Positions 1 to 8,066 of a stretch of 32,000 nucleotides of DNA are shown here, in pieces. The stretch comes from Vibrio stylophorae. GTDB taxonomy: Bacteria; Pseudomonadota; Gammaproteobacteria; Enterobacterales; Vibrionaceae. The stretch spans positions 1,581,915 to 1,613,914 of the forward strand of contig NZ_CAKLDI010000001.1 in NCBI RefSeq assembly GCF_921293875.1, given 5' to 3'. Numbering within the stretch: position 1 is the stretch's first letter; each line of letters opens with the position of its first letter. A model generated the notes under the pieces. It was given only the letters and a program-made list of their open reading frames with translations, ran no database searches and was not told where the DNA came from. Made by a program: the position numbers and the translations under genes.

Positions 1-1
1 G

Positions 2-952
2 TCTGTCGTTTGTACCATGGGGACTACCGATGCCAACGCCTTCGATCCTGTAGAAGATGTGCGTAAACTCTTGGACCAATATCCAAACAACCCTGAAAAA
101 TATGGTAAAGCCTTGCTCTATTGTGACTCAGTGGTTGGCTGGGCATGGGCAACATTCAAAGAGTATGATTTTGAAGCGAACCCACTTCAGTTCTCTAAAG
201 AGATCATTCCATCTTTGAAAGCCAACGCACAGGCACTTGCTGGCGTGCAATATGCAGATGCCATTGGTGTCGACTTCCACAAAGTGGGCTGGTCACCATA
301 CGCAAGTAGCTGCTTTGTTTACAAAGATAGCGAAGAGTTTGAAGGGCTTCTCAAACGTCCAGGGTCTGCGTATTTGCAACCTCGTTCACCTTACAACCCA
401 CTTGACTACACATTGGAAGTTTCACGTGCAGCGACTGGCTCTCTTGCTGGTTGGGCAACCATGAAATACTTTGGTTATGAAGGTTTCCAAGCCATTCTTG
501 GCGGCATCCTTGAAAACCAACACTTCCTACGTAATGTCCTTGCCGCGCACACTGAAACTATCTGCGTAAACCCTGAAGATCATGGCTTGGTCACCCTATT
601 CCGTGCATACCCTGAAGGGGTATTTGCTGAAGAGGAATATCGTAAAGAGCTCACTGATCCCGCTTACAAAGATCAATTGGTTCGCAATAATATGCTAACC
701 AAAGCCATTGGTGACAAATTGTATCATTGGTTCCGTGAAGGCAAACAGATTAATGGTCGCTATACACCATATATCAGTTTCAGTACCGGCTTCCGCGTTG
801 CAGAATATAATCGTGATGACACTGATCCAGACGCCTATATTTTTGCACTGAAAATATTCCCAATGAATGTGCATATCACACCTGAAATTATGCGCTATGC
901 CATTGACTGTGTTCTTTTAGCAAGAGATGAAGTTCTATCAGAAACTTGTTAA
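2..952 (+). CDS. PLP-dependent group II amino-acid decarboxylase (tyrosine/DOPA-decarboxylase-like), C-terminal about two thirds; 5' end outside window
   Basis: Frame is open from nt 2 (SVVCTMGTTD...), so the Met at 17 is internal. Has the GTTD..A.DP motif and the PLP-lysine motif GVDFHKVGWSPY. Stop at 950-952. Followed by two precursor/product-type antiporter genes. Confidence 0.75.
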   Translation, partial: SVVCTMGTTDANAFDPVEDVRKLLDQYPNNPEKYGKALLYCDSVVGWAWATFKEYDFEANPLQFSKEIIPSLKANAQALAGVQYADAIGVDFHKVGWSPYASSCFVYKDSEEFEGLLKRPGSAYLQPRSPYNPLDYTLEVSRAATGSLAGWATMKYFGYEGFQAILGGILENQHFLRNVLAAHTETICVNPEDHGLVTLFRAYPEGVFAEEEYRKELTDPAYKDQLVRNNMLTKAIGDKLYHWFREGKQINGRYTPYISFSTGFRVAEYNRDDTDPDAYIFALKIFPMNVHITPEIMRYAIDCVLLARDEVLSETC

Positions 953-960
953 TTGAATTC

Positions 961-993
961 AATGTGCCAGCAAATATAGTTTGCTGGCACATT
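961..993 (+). promoter_or_regulatory. Perfect 14-bp stem-loop 9 nt after the decarboxylase stop, with no U-tract
   Basis: aatgtgccagcaaa / tatag / tttgctggcacatt. Followed by actttactccc, so it is not a canonical intrinsic terminator. Possible attenuator or mRNA-stabilising or processing hairpin. Confidence 0.5.
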
Positions 994-1144
994 ACTTTAC
1001 TCCCATTCAACTGATTCAGTTGCCGTTTATATCTGCACTAACATATTTGTGCGATAAAAATCGTATTAATACAGCTCATATATTTCGCCAGCAATGTCTC
1101 GTTGATTGAGCATACGCTTAATATGATTATTTATGGGGTTACCT

Positions 1145-2587
1145 ATGTCTAATGATAATTCGACTAATAAAGGCACATTAAAAGCAAAACTGACAATCAC
1201 CACGCTTGCGATTATGAATATCACAACCGTGGTCAGTCTCCGTGGTTTATCATCTGAAGCTGAATATGGCACAACGGCTGCGTTCTATTATATTTTCGCA
1301 GCGCTTGTTTTCTTAATTCCCGTTGCCCTTTGTGCCGCTGAACTAGCCACTGGCTGGCCACAAAAAGGCGGGGTGTTTAACTGGATAAGTCAGGCATTTG
1401 GCCACCGACTCGGCTTTCTTGCCATCTATCTTCAATGGCTCGCCACCACCATTTGGTTTCCAACCGTACTGATCTTTGCTGGGGTCTCTTTGGCATTTAT
1501 TGGCCCTGATCAAACATTTGACCAAGCTTTAGCTGCAAACCGATTCTACAGCGGTATCGTCGTTTTGGTTGTCTACTGGTTCGCGACATTTATCAGCCTA
1601 AAAGGGGTGAAAACCGCCTCTAAAATCAGCTCCACTGCGGGGCTTATTGGGACCATTATTCCGGGTATCTTGCTCGTTACCTTGGCGGCACTTTATATCG
1701 CCAATGGCAACCCAGTTCATTTTGATTTTTCAATGCGAAACTTCTTCCCTGATTTCACGAATTTTGACAACTTAGTGCTCGCCGCAAGCATCTTTCTTTT
1801 CTTTGCCGGGATGGAAATCAATGCGGTGCACGTCAGTGAAGTTGAAAACCCCTCTCGTGGTTACCCACTGGCGATTATTTACGCCACGATATTCACTGTG
1901 ATTATCTTTATCTTTGGGACACTATCCATCGCAACCATTATTCCTAAGAGCGATATCAACCTAGTTCAAAGCTTATTGATTGCATATGATAAATTATTTG
2001 CGCACTTTGGCTTAGGTTGGTTAGGTAATATCACAGCTGCGGCTATCGCACTTGGGGTTTTAGGGCAAATCATTGCCATTATTTCAGGTCCATCTGCCGG
2101 TATTTTGCGCGTCGGTCAAAAAGGTTATTTGCCTTTATCTTTGCAAAAAGTGAATGCCAATGGCGTACAAAAAAATATCTTGATGTGTCAGGGCGCAATT
2201 GTGACAGCCTTGGTCATTATTATGACTGTGCTACCTTCAGTGCAGGCGGCCTATCAAATGATTAGCCAGCTGGCTGTTATTTTATACCTTGGCATGTACA
2301 TCATGCTGTTCCTATCCGTCATTTATCTTCGCTACAAAGAGCCTAATACACCAAGACCTTACAAATTACCGGGCGGTAAAGTGGGCCTTTGGTTAATTGC
2401 AGGGACGGGCCTTATCGGTTCCATTCTCGCTTTCGTATTAAGTTTTATTCCACCATCACAAATCTCCACAGGCTCACCATCAACCTATGTTGGGATATTG
2501 GTTGCAGGCACCCTCATCTTCACGGTGATCCCATTCATTATTTATGCGTGTCGAAAACCAAGCTGGGATACAGCAATGGATGATTAA
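1145..2587 (+). CDS. APC-superfamily amino acid/amine antiporter, glutamate:GABA antiporter (GadC) family, paralog 1
   Basis: About 12 TM segments. Shares GadC-like motifs: AELATGWPQKGGVFNWI, FFPDF, GMEINAVHV..ENPSRGYPLA, SFIPPSQI. Start moved to ATG 1145 (GGGG 6 nt upstream; N-terminal length then matches paralog 2); ORF-track start 1133 is possible. Confidence 0.85.
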   Translation: MSNDNSTNKGTLKAKLTITTLAIMNITTVVSLRGLSSEAEYGTTAAFYYIFAALVFLIPVALCAAELATGWPQKGGVFNWISQAFGHRLGFLAIYLQWLATTIWFPTVLIFAGVSLAFIGPDQTFDQALAANRFYSGIVVLVVYWFATFISLKGVKTASKISSTAGLIGTIIPGILLVTLAALYIANGNPVHFDFSMRNFFPDFTNFDNLVLAASIFLFFAGMEINAVHVSEVENPSRGYPLAIIYATIFTVIIFIFGTLSIATIIPKSDINLVQSLLIAYDKLFAHFGLGWLGNITAAAIALGVLGQIIAIISGPSAGILRVGQKGYLPLSLQKVNANGVQKNILMCQGAIVTALVIIMTVLPSVQAAYQMISQLAVILYLGMYIMLFLSVIYLRYKEPNTPRPYKLPGGKVGLWLIAGTGLIGSILAFVLSFIPPSQISTGSPSTYVGILVAGTLIFTVIPFIIYACRKPSWDTAMDD

Positions 2588-2599
2588 CAGATAGTGAGG

Positions 2600-2630
2600 C
2601 GATGGCATGGCGATATAAGCCATGCCATCG
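2600..2630 (+). promoter_or_regulatory. Perfect 12-bp stem-loop between the two antiporter genes, with no U-tract
   Basis: cgatggcatggc / gatataa / gccatgccatcg, followed by atattaaggtgag (the SD of the next gene). Confidence 0.5.
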
Positions 2631-2648
2631 ATATTAAGGTGAGTGAAT

Positions 2649-4076
2649 ATGAGTACGACAACCTCAAAAAAAACAAATAATATCGCCAATATCAGTGTTC
2701 TGACGTTTGCGGTGATGAATATCACCACGGTTTTAAGTACACGGGGATTGGCACCAGAGGCGGAATATGGCCTGACATCGATATTTTACTATCTCTTTGC
2801 AGCCGTTTGTTTTTTAGTCCCCGTCTCCTTAGTCGCGGCAGAGCTCGCGACCGGGTGGCCACAAAAAGGTGGTGTATTCAATTGGATTGGCGCTGCATTT
2901 GGTAAGCGAATGGGTTTCGTTGCCATCTATCTACAGTGGCTGGCAACGACCATCTGTTTCCCAACCATGCTGATTTTTATTGCGGTATCCATTGCCTTTA
3001 TTGATAAAAATCATGCCCAAGCCATTGCGGCCAACAAGTACTACATCCTTTCTGTGGTTCTTGGCATCTATTGGTTCGCAACTTACACCACATCAAAAGG
3101 GATCAAATCTGCGGCTAAAATAAGTGCTGCGGCCGGTATTATTGGCACCATCATTCCACTGCTGATTCTATTTATCAGTGGTCTGATTTATGTCTTTTGC
3201 CGTGACAGCGTTGACTTCCCTATTGCAGAAAATCAACTGGTTCCAGATTTTCATCAATTCCATAATCTTGTACTGGCCTCAAGCGTCTTTCTTTTCTACT
3301 CAGGGATGGAAATTAACGCCGTTCACGTCCAGCAAATGGATAACCCTTCCAAAAACTACCCCAAAGCAATTGCCATTGCTTCAAGTTTGACCGTGGTATT
3401 TTTAGTGCTGGGTACCTTGCTCATTAGCGCCATTGTTCCGCACAACAAAATTAACCTCGTCGAAAGTTTATTTATCACTTACGACACTGTATTTAACTAC
3501 TTCCATATGCCTTGGATGAGTCAGGTCATCACCGCAGCCATCGCTATCGGGGTATTTGGGCAAATTACTGTGATTGTGGCTGGCCCATCAACTGGGCTTT
3601 TTCAGGTGGGACAGGAAGGCTATTTACCCAAAGCACTGCAGAAAAGCAATGGTAACGGCGTGCAAATGCCCATCCTTTATGTACAAGGGCTGATTGTTAC
3701 GGTGCTATCTTTCGTATTGGTTGTCTTACCATCAGTTCAATCAGCATTTCAGATATTAGGACAATTGGCATCCATTCTTTATCTGATCATGTACTTAATG
3801 CTATTTTCTGGTGCGATTTACTTACGATATAAATCACCGGAAGTCGACCGTCCTTACAAAATACCTTTTGGCAATGTTGGTATTTGGTTTGTTGGGTTAC
3901 TTGGCTTATTTTCTAGCTTTTTGGCACTTAGCTTAAGCTTTGTTCCCCCCTCACAAATCAATACAGGGAGTGCCTCTTCCTATATCACGATGCTGATTAT
4001 CTTAACCTTGGTCTTTTTGTTGATTCCTTTGGTGATATACCACAATCGTAAAAATACCTGGCTACCGGCAAAATAG
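2649..4076 (+). CDS. APC-superfamily amino acid/amine antiporter, GadC family, paralog 2
   Basis: Collinear with paralog 1 over its whole length, roughly 55-60% identical by eye. ATG 2649 is preceded by aaggtgag; GTG 2643 from the ORF track is too close to the SD. Confidence 0.85.
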   Translation: MSTTTSKKTNNIANISVLTFAVMNITTVLSTRGLAPEAEYGLTSIFYYLFAAVCFLVPVSLVAAELATGWPQKGGVFNWIGAAFGKRMGFVAIYLQWLATTICFPTMLIFIAVSIAFIDKNHAQAIAANKYYILSVVLGIYWFATYTTSKGIKSAAKISAAAGIIGTIIPLLILFISGLIYVFCRDSVDFPIAENQLVPDFHQFHNLVLASSVFLFYSGMEINAVHVQQMDNPSKNYPKAIAIASSLTVVFLVLGTLLISAIVPHNKINLVESLFITYDTVFNYFHMPWMSQVITAAIAIGVFGQITVIVAGPSTGLFQVGQEGYLPKALQKSNGNGVQMPILYVQGLIVTVLSFVLVVLPSVQSAFQILGQLASILYLIMYLMLFSGAIYLRYKSPEVDRPYKIPFGNVGIWFVGLLGLFSSFLALSLSFVPPSQINTGSASSYITMLIILTLVFLLIPLVIYHNRKNTWLPAK

Positions 4077-4170
4077 CTGATGTTGACGCCAATTCCTATG
4101 AGTTGGCATCAACTGAAAAGGGATAGAAGCTAACGCCCACACGTCAAAAAAACGTGTCTCAAAAGCAAAA

Positions 4171-4197
4171 GGCCGCTATTTATACAGCGGCCTTTTT
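4171..4197 (+). terminator. Rho-independent terminator of the antiporter operon
   Basis: ggccgct / atttatac / agcggcc followed by ttttt. An A-run lies on the left, so it could act bidirectionally. Confidence 0.75.
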
Positions 4198-4202
4198 CAA
4201 TG

Positions 4203-4299
4203 TGGCAAGAGAGTGTGAATTGATTCGATTGCTGCGCCCTCGCCTTCTGACCAACAAGCAATGCCGACGTTGTCTCGCTTGACTCAGCAGAACTCTGAC
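4203..4299 (-). pseudogene. Possible decayed tRNA-Ser copy or att-like remnant (3' acceptor/CCA end plus D-arm-like segment)
   Basis: The minus strand reads ...cagagttctGCTGAGTcaagc...tcgaatcaattcacactctcttgCCA, followed by a terminator that closely resembles the one after the intact tRNA-Ser. No foldable T-arm or anticodon arm. Confidence 0.3.
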
Positions 4300-4350
4300 G
4301 AAGATTCACCCTGTCTTCAAGGAAGATTTCATTACACCGAAATGCAAAAA

Positions 4351-4376
4351 AGCCGCTGTAAAAACAGCGGCTTTTT
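4351..4376 (-). terminator. Terminator of tRNA-Ser (bidirectional hairpin)
   Basis: agccgctg / taaaaa / cagcggct, flanked by an A-run on the left (a T-run on the minus strand) and tttt on the right. Starts 7 nt after the tRNA 3' end. Confidence 0.8.
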
Positions 4377-4382
4377 CAAATT

Positions 4383-4473
4383 TGGCGGAGAGATAGGGAT
4401 TTGAACCCTAGGTGGGCTATAAACCCACGCCGGTTTTCAAGACCGGTGCTTTAAACCACTCAGCCATCTCTCC
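4383..4473 (-). tRNA. tRNA-Ser, anticodon UGA, type II with long variable arm, CCA encoded
   Basis: Minus strand GGAGAGA-TG-GCTGAGTGGTTTAAAGCA-C-CGGTCTTGAAAACCGG-CGTGGGTTTATAGCCCACC-TAGGGTTCAAATCCCTA-TCTCTCC-G-CCA. The acceptor, anticodon, variable and T stems all pair. Anticodon loop is CTTGAAA. Confidence 0.97.
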
Positions 4474-4486
4474 GAGAACGAGGCGC

Positions 4487-4515
4487 ATCATACTGAGCGC
4501 CCCAAACCTTGTAAA
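4487..4515 (-). promoter_or_regulatory. Sigma70 promoter of tRNA-Ser
   Basis: Minus strand: TTTACA (4515-4510), 17-nt spacer, TATGAT (4492-4487), then a GC-rich discriminator gcgcctc. An A/T-rich UP-like tract lies upstream. The arrangement is typical of stable-RNA promoters. Confidence 0.65.
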
Positions 4516-4739
4516 GGGTAATTTCAAAAAAATCATCTAACTGATTGCAAATTCAGCAATTCCATCAAATTTTGTGCACTGAGCCTGAGTCCATGACACT
4601 GATGTTGCAAGTTGCCTGACAGGATCCCTTGCTCAAGGTAAAATTCGGCCATTGCTTTGCTTGATTTTTGATCCAAGCTTTTTAATATCTCAAACTCATA
4701 TTCAGTTTGCTTTCACATCGAAATAGGCATTTTAAGCTG

Positions 4740-6806
4740 ATGACATATCGCTCTATTTTATTATCACTCTCATTACTCCTAGGCTCGACCTATGCGTATG
4801 CTGAACAGGTGTGTGATATTCAACCGGCGCCTCTTGGTGACGCATCAACACCGTGGAAACAGCTCGCACAAAGCTGTGATATTGGCCAAGGCTTATGGGG
4901 CCGTGAGCCCAAAAGCCACCGAGGCTCGTTTTGGCTACAATGCGGTTATGGCCAAGCGCTGCCCAATCCGAAAGTGCATGAAATGTTGCACCGCCTCTAT
5001 CCGGATAACACCTTTATTATTCAAGATACGCAAAATAACTATCGCTGCTTGATTGGTCCTTTCACCACCTATGATTACGCCGCCAAGGGCAAAGAAGCCT
5101 TGGATAAAATGGGCATTAAAACTTTTATTCGTGAAGTGGCTAAATTTGCCCTCACACTGCGCGCCCCTAAGGGTATGGCGCATATAGCGTCCATTGGCCC
5201 AGTCCTTGAACTGGATAAATCATCACTACGCCCACTTTGGCAAGACCAAGTGGAACGTTTAGCCAATGTTGAGCTTTTTCAGGAAGAAAACTCCCCAAAG
5301 TCGGATGATGCGGTCGCAACTTTGATGGCCTTGCCTACGCAAATTGATGCGCCATTGGCGCCCGCATCACTGCCTGACTCCCTTCGCAAGGATGCAACTG
5401 TTGCGACAGCCGCACCGACCACGGCTGCCGTGGCAACAACGCAAGCACCTCAAACACAAAAGCTCACGCCACCAGCCCCCAGTGAAATAAAAGAGGCTGA
5501 TGCGAAAGCCCCTGAAACAAAAGACACGAGGACAAAGAGCACGAAAGCAAAAAATACAGAAGAAAAAAGCGCTGTGGCCACAGCGACAAATATCAAAAAC
5601 AATGCTCCAGAAGATAAAACGGCGCAAAAGACTGAAACCGAAAACGAAGCCCATGTAGAAAGCGAAGCGCAACTCGTCACCAATGCGCCCAAAGGCGCAG
5701 AACAATCACCATCGCCTGCACCGCTACCAACCGCGAGCGGCAGCTTACTGGCACTTGATCAACAGCAAGCCAAACTCAAACAAAAAGAAAGCGGCCAATC
5801 TGCAGATAGTGCCGAATTTGAAAAATCAGAAGGCATTGCCCTGATTCTTGCGCCGCCGCCACGCACTCAAGCACACAAACAAGAGAACATAGAAAACGCA
5901 GCGCAAGGCACAACCACAGTCACCACGGCAGCCATTAACGCGGCAGCAACGATGGCAACTAAAACGGCATCAAGGGTCGCCACATCAACCCTTGCTGTGC
6001 CTGTCGCCCCTACCGCAGCAGCACTGGTACAAAAAAGCGCCAAAGTTACAGATGGTCCATCTACTGCGCAAATCACGCAAAGCACTGAAGTCGCCGCAGA
6101 AGTAACCGTGAATGCTGTTGATGGCGCAGCTATGCCAACCCTCACTTTAAGTGAAGATGGCGTGAGCACAGAAACGAAGACCACCCCAGATAGTTACACC
6201 GTACTGAGCGGCGATCTCAAATTTGCTAAGGATAAAGCGCCCATTGATCTTGCGCCGCCAACACCTGAGCCAGAGCCAAAATCAGAGGCGGAGCTTGCCG
6301 CTGACCAAAAAGGGATCACCCTACTCGATGAAGCGGCCAATTATCATGACACCGGCATTATCGAGCTCAGCAAGCCCAAACCAACGCCAAAACAGGCCAA
6401 TGGCAAACCCAATACTGAAAAGCGCAACATCATGGGTAGCATGATCTACGAGTTTTCGCTTAACAATGTCGATTACTTTATGCCACTGACCATTCAATCG
6501 CAGGAGCAATTACCGCCGCAGTTTTTAAAAGAACATGATCGCTACTGGTCACGCTTGGATTATCAATCAGCGAAACATTGGTGCAAAACGCAAAATATGC
6601 GCTTACCCAATATTGAGGAACTCACGGATCTAGCAGCGCAGGGCGAAGGATTTTTAGAACAAAAACGCTGGCCTAGTCGCATTAGCTTTTGGACTGAACA
6701 GGAAAGTGACGATGGTGAAACCATTGAAACCGTGAGCCTGCGAAATGGTAAGGTCGCGCGCTATCATAGCGAGGCGCTGCTCTATACCACGTGTATAAAA
6801 GAGTAA
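4740..6806 (+). CDS. Secreted protein: signal peptide + SPOR-like domain + ~400-aa low-complexity A/T/P/E/K/Q linker + C-terminal DUF1566 (Lcl C-terminal)-like domain
   Basis: ATG 4740 gives MTYRSILLSLSLLLGSTYAYA|EQ; the ORF-track TTG 4707 is less likely. SPOR-like segment: FWLQCGYG...YRCLIGPFTTYDYAAKGKEALDKMGIKTFIRE. C-terminus: YQSAKHWCKTQNMRLPNIEELTDLA...FWT. Confidence 0.8.
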   Translation: MTYRSILLSLSLLLGSTYAYAEQVCDIQPAPLGDASTPWKQLAQSCDIGQGLWGREPKSHRGSFWLQCGYGQALPNPKVHEMLHRLYPDNTFIIQDTQNNYRCLIGPFTTYDYAAKGKEALDKMGIKTFIREVAKFALTLRAPKGMAHIASIGPVLELDKSSLRPLWQDQVERLANVELFQEENSPKSDDAVATLMALPTQIDAPLAPASLPDSLRKDATVATAAPTTAAVATTQAPQTQKLTPPAPSEIKEADAKAPETKDTRTKSTKAKNTEEKSAVATATNIKNNAPEDKTAQKTETENEAHVESEAQLVTNAPKGAEQSPSPAPLPTASGSLLALDQQQAKLKQKESGQSADSAEFEKSEGIALILAPPPRTQAHKQENIENAAQGTTTVTTAAINAAATMATKTASRVATSTLAVPVAPTAAALVQKSAKVTDGPSTAQITQSTEVAAEVTVNAVDGAAMPTLTLSEDGVSTETKTTPDSYTVLSGDLKFAKDKAPIDLAPPTPEPEPKSEAELAADQKGITLLDEAANYHDTGIIELSKPKPTPKQANGKPNTEKRNIMGSMIYEFSLNNVDYFMPLTIQSQEQLPPQFLKEHDRYWSRLDYQSAKHWCKTQNMRLPNIEELTDLAAQGEGFLEQKRWPSRISFWTEQESDDGETIETVSLRNGKVARYHSEALLYTTCIKE

Positions 6807-6851
6807 TGGCTGCATTAACTCTCTCAACATCTCACTGTTAACGTATAAAAA

Positions 6852-6876
6852 AAGCCTGCATCATTGCAGGCTTTTT
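6852..6876. terminator. Bidirectional terminator shared by the SPOR-protein gene (+) and queE (-)
   Basis: aagcctgca / tcat / tgcaggctt, with a 7-A run on the left and a T-run on the right. Confidence 0.8.
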
Positions 6877-6951
6877 GATGATTGAGTTCGCAGCCACACC
6901 AAAGTTATCACCACCATAGGCGGTGGTTTAGGGATGACAATGAAAGTCATT

Positions 6952-7653
6952 CTAAACGCCTTGCTGATTACCCCAAAGGTAGACATGAAGCTGCGGTAGC
7001 ACGCGCACCTCATACCATCCTCTTGTCATCACTTGTTCAGTGAGCCAGCGCATCCGCTCAGAAAGCTGCTCTAAACTCACCTCGCCTTTGATTTGATGAT
7101 TGCAAGGCTGCAGTACCATGGCGAGCTGCGGATATTGCGCGCGCATTTCACCCGCCCAATCTAAATCACGCTCATCGCTGACCACAATTTTAAGGCCGAT
7201 TTGCGTATGCTCAGCATGCGCAGCATCAAGGCAAGCTTGAAAGCGCTTGGTATCAAAACGCATCTTTGAAGATGGCGCTTTGGGACTTAAGGTCAGCACA
7301 TCCAATTTGGCAAACCAAGGTTGCGCCACACTGCCTTGGGTTTCCATGGCAAAGCGATAACCCAACTGATGCCCTAAATCAATAAGCGACTCCAGCGGTT
7401 GCAGCGCAGGATTGCCGCCAGATAAAGTGATCAACATCGGCTGAAAATGGCTGAGCTGCTGCACTTTCGCCATCACATCACTGGCCGAGGTAAGCGGCCA
7501 AGTGTGCTTAAGCTTGCGATCCACGGCGTGCAGGGTATCGCACCAATCACAGAGAAAATCACAACCGCCGGTGCGAACAAAAATCGTTGGCACACCAATA
7601 CCGGCCCCTTCCCCTTGAATGGTGGGCCCGAAAATTTCAGAAATGGCAATCAT
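6952..7653 (-). CDS. queE: 7-carboxy-7-deazaguanine synthase (radical SAM)
   Basis: N-terminal EIFGPTIQGEG and the CDFLCDWCDT (CxxxCxxC) cluster. ATGA overlap with queD. Confidence 0.9.
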   Translation of the reverse strand: MIAISEIFGPTIQGEGAGIGVPTIFVRTGGCDFLCDWCDTLHAVDRKLKHTWPLTSASDVMAKVQQLSHFQPMLITLSGGNPALQPLESLIDLGHQLGYRFAMETQGSVAQPWFAKLDVLTLSPKAPSSKMRFDTKRFQACLDAAHAEHTQIGLKIVVSDERDLDWAGEMRAQYPQLAMVLQPCNHQIKGEVSLEQLSERMRWLTEQVMTRGWYEVRVLPQLHVYLWGNQQGV

Positions 7654-8009
7654 GATGGACGGTATTCAGCCCAGGTTTTCGGGGTTTCCGACACGCTAAC
7701 CGCCGATACTTCAGGCCAGCGTGCATGCGCCCAGTCATAAAGGTGCTTGGCTAAACGCTCCGCGGTGGTATTGTCCTGACCCAACACATCATTGAGATGG
7801 CGATGATCTAAGTTATCATCAATATAGGCTTTAAAATCAGACAGTTCACGATAGTCTCGCACAAAGCCGGTGCTATTCAATGTGTCTGAAGCCAGCTCCA
7901 CAATCACTTCATAATTGTGACCGTGTAGGCGCGTACAAGGGTGATCATCGGCAAGGCCGAACAATTGGTGAGATGCCGAAAAGGCAAAGGATTTGCGAAT
8001 ACGAAACAA
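7650..8009 (-). CDS. queD: 6-carboxy-5,6,7,8-tetrahydropterin synthase
   Basis: PTPS-family motifs: FSASHQL, CTRLHGHNYEV, LDHRHLND. The start is TTG, 6 nt after taaggat. The stop overlaps the queE ATG. Confidence 0.9.
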   Translation of the reverse strand: MFRIRKSFAFSASHQLFGLADDHPCTRLHGHNYEVIVELASDTLNSTGFVRDYRELSDFKAYIDDNLDHRHLNDVLGQDNTTAERLAKHLYDWAHARWPEVSAVSVSETPKTWAEYRPS

Positions 8010-8036
8010 AAAGAATCCTTAACAGAGCATTGCTCT

Positions 8037-8066
8037 GGGGTGTTTTTAACCTGGTGCTACGACAGG
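8037..8066 (-). promoter_or_regulatory. Candidate preQ1-I-type riboswitch aptamer in the queDE leader
   Basis: Minus strand: CCUG-UCGUAGCAC-CAGG-UUAAAAACACCCC, a 4-bp P1, a 9-nt loop ending in AC and an A-rich tail, about 30 nt upstream of the SD. It resembles published minimal preQ1-I aptamers as I recall them. No covariance-model search was run. Confidence 0.3.

Noticed and set aside
1066-1272. 68-aa minus-strand ORF overlapping the start of antiporter paralog 1.
   Set aside because: It overlaps a strongly supported permease gene and its upstream region. It has no SD, and its composition is consistent with an antisense artefact.
5367-6184. Antisense ORFs 5367-5705, 5450-5692 and 5867-6184 within the SPOR/DUF1566 protein gene.
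   Set aside because: They are by-products of the A/T/P/E/K-rich low-complexity coding region. The translations are Cys/Phe/Arg-rich or Ala/Val-rich nonsense with no start context.
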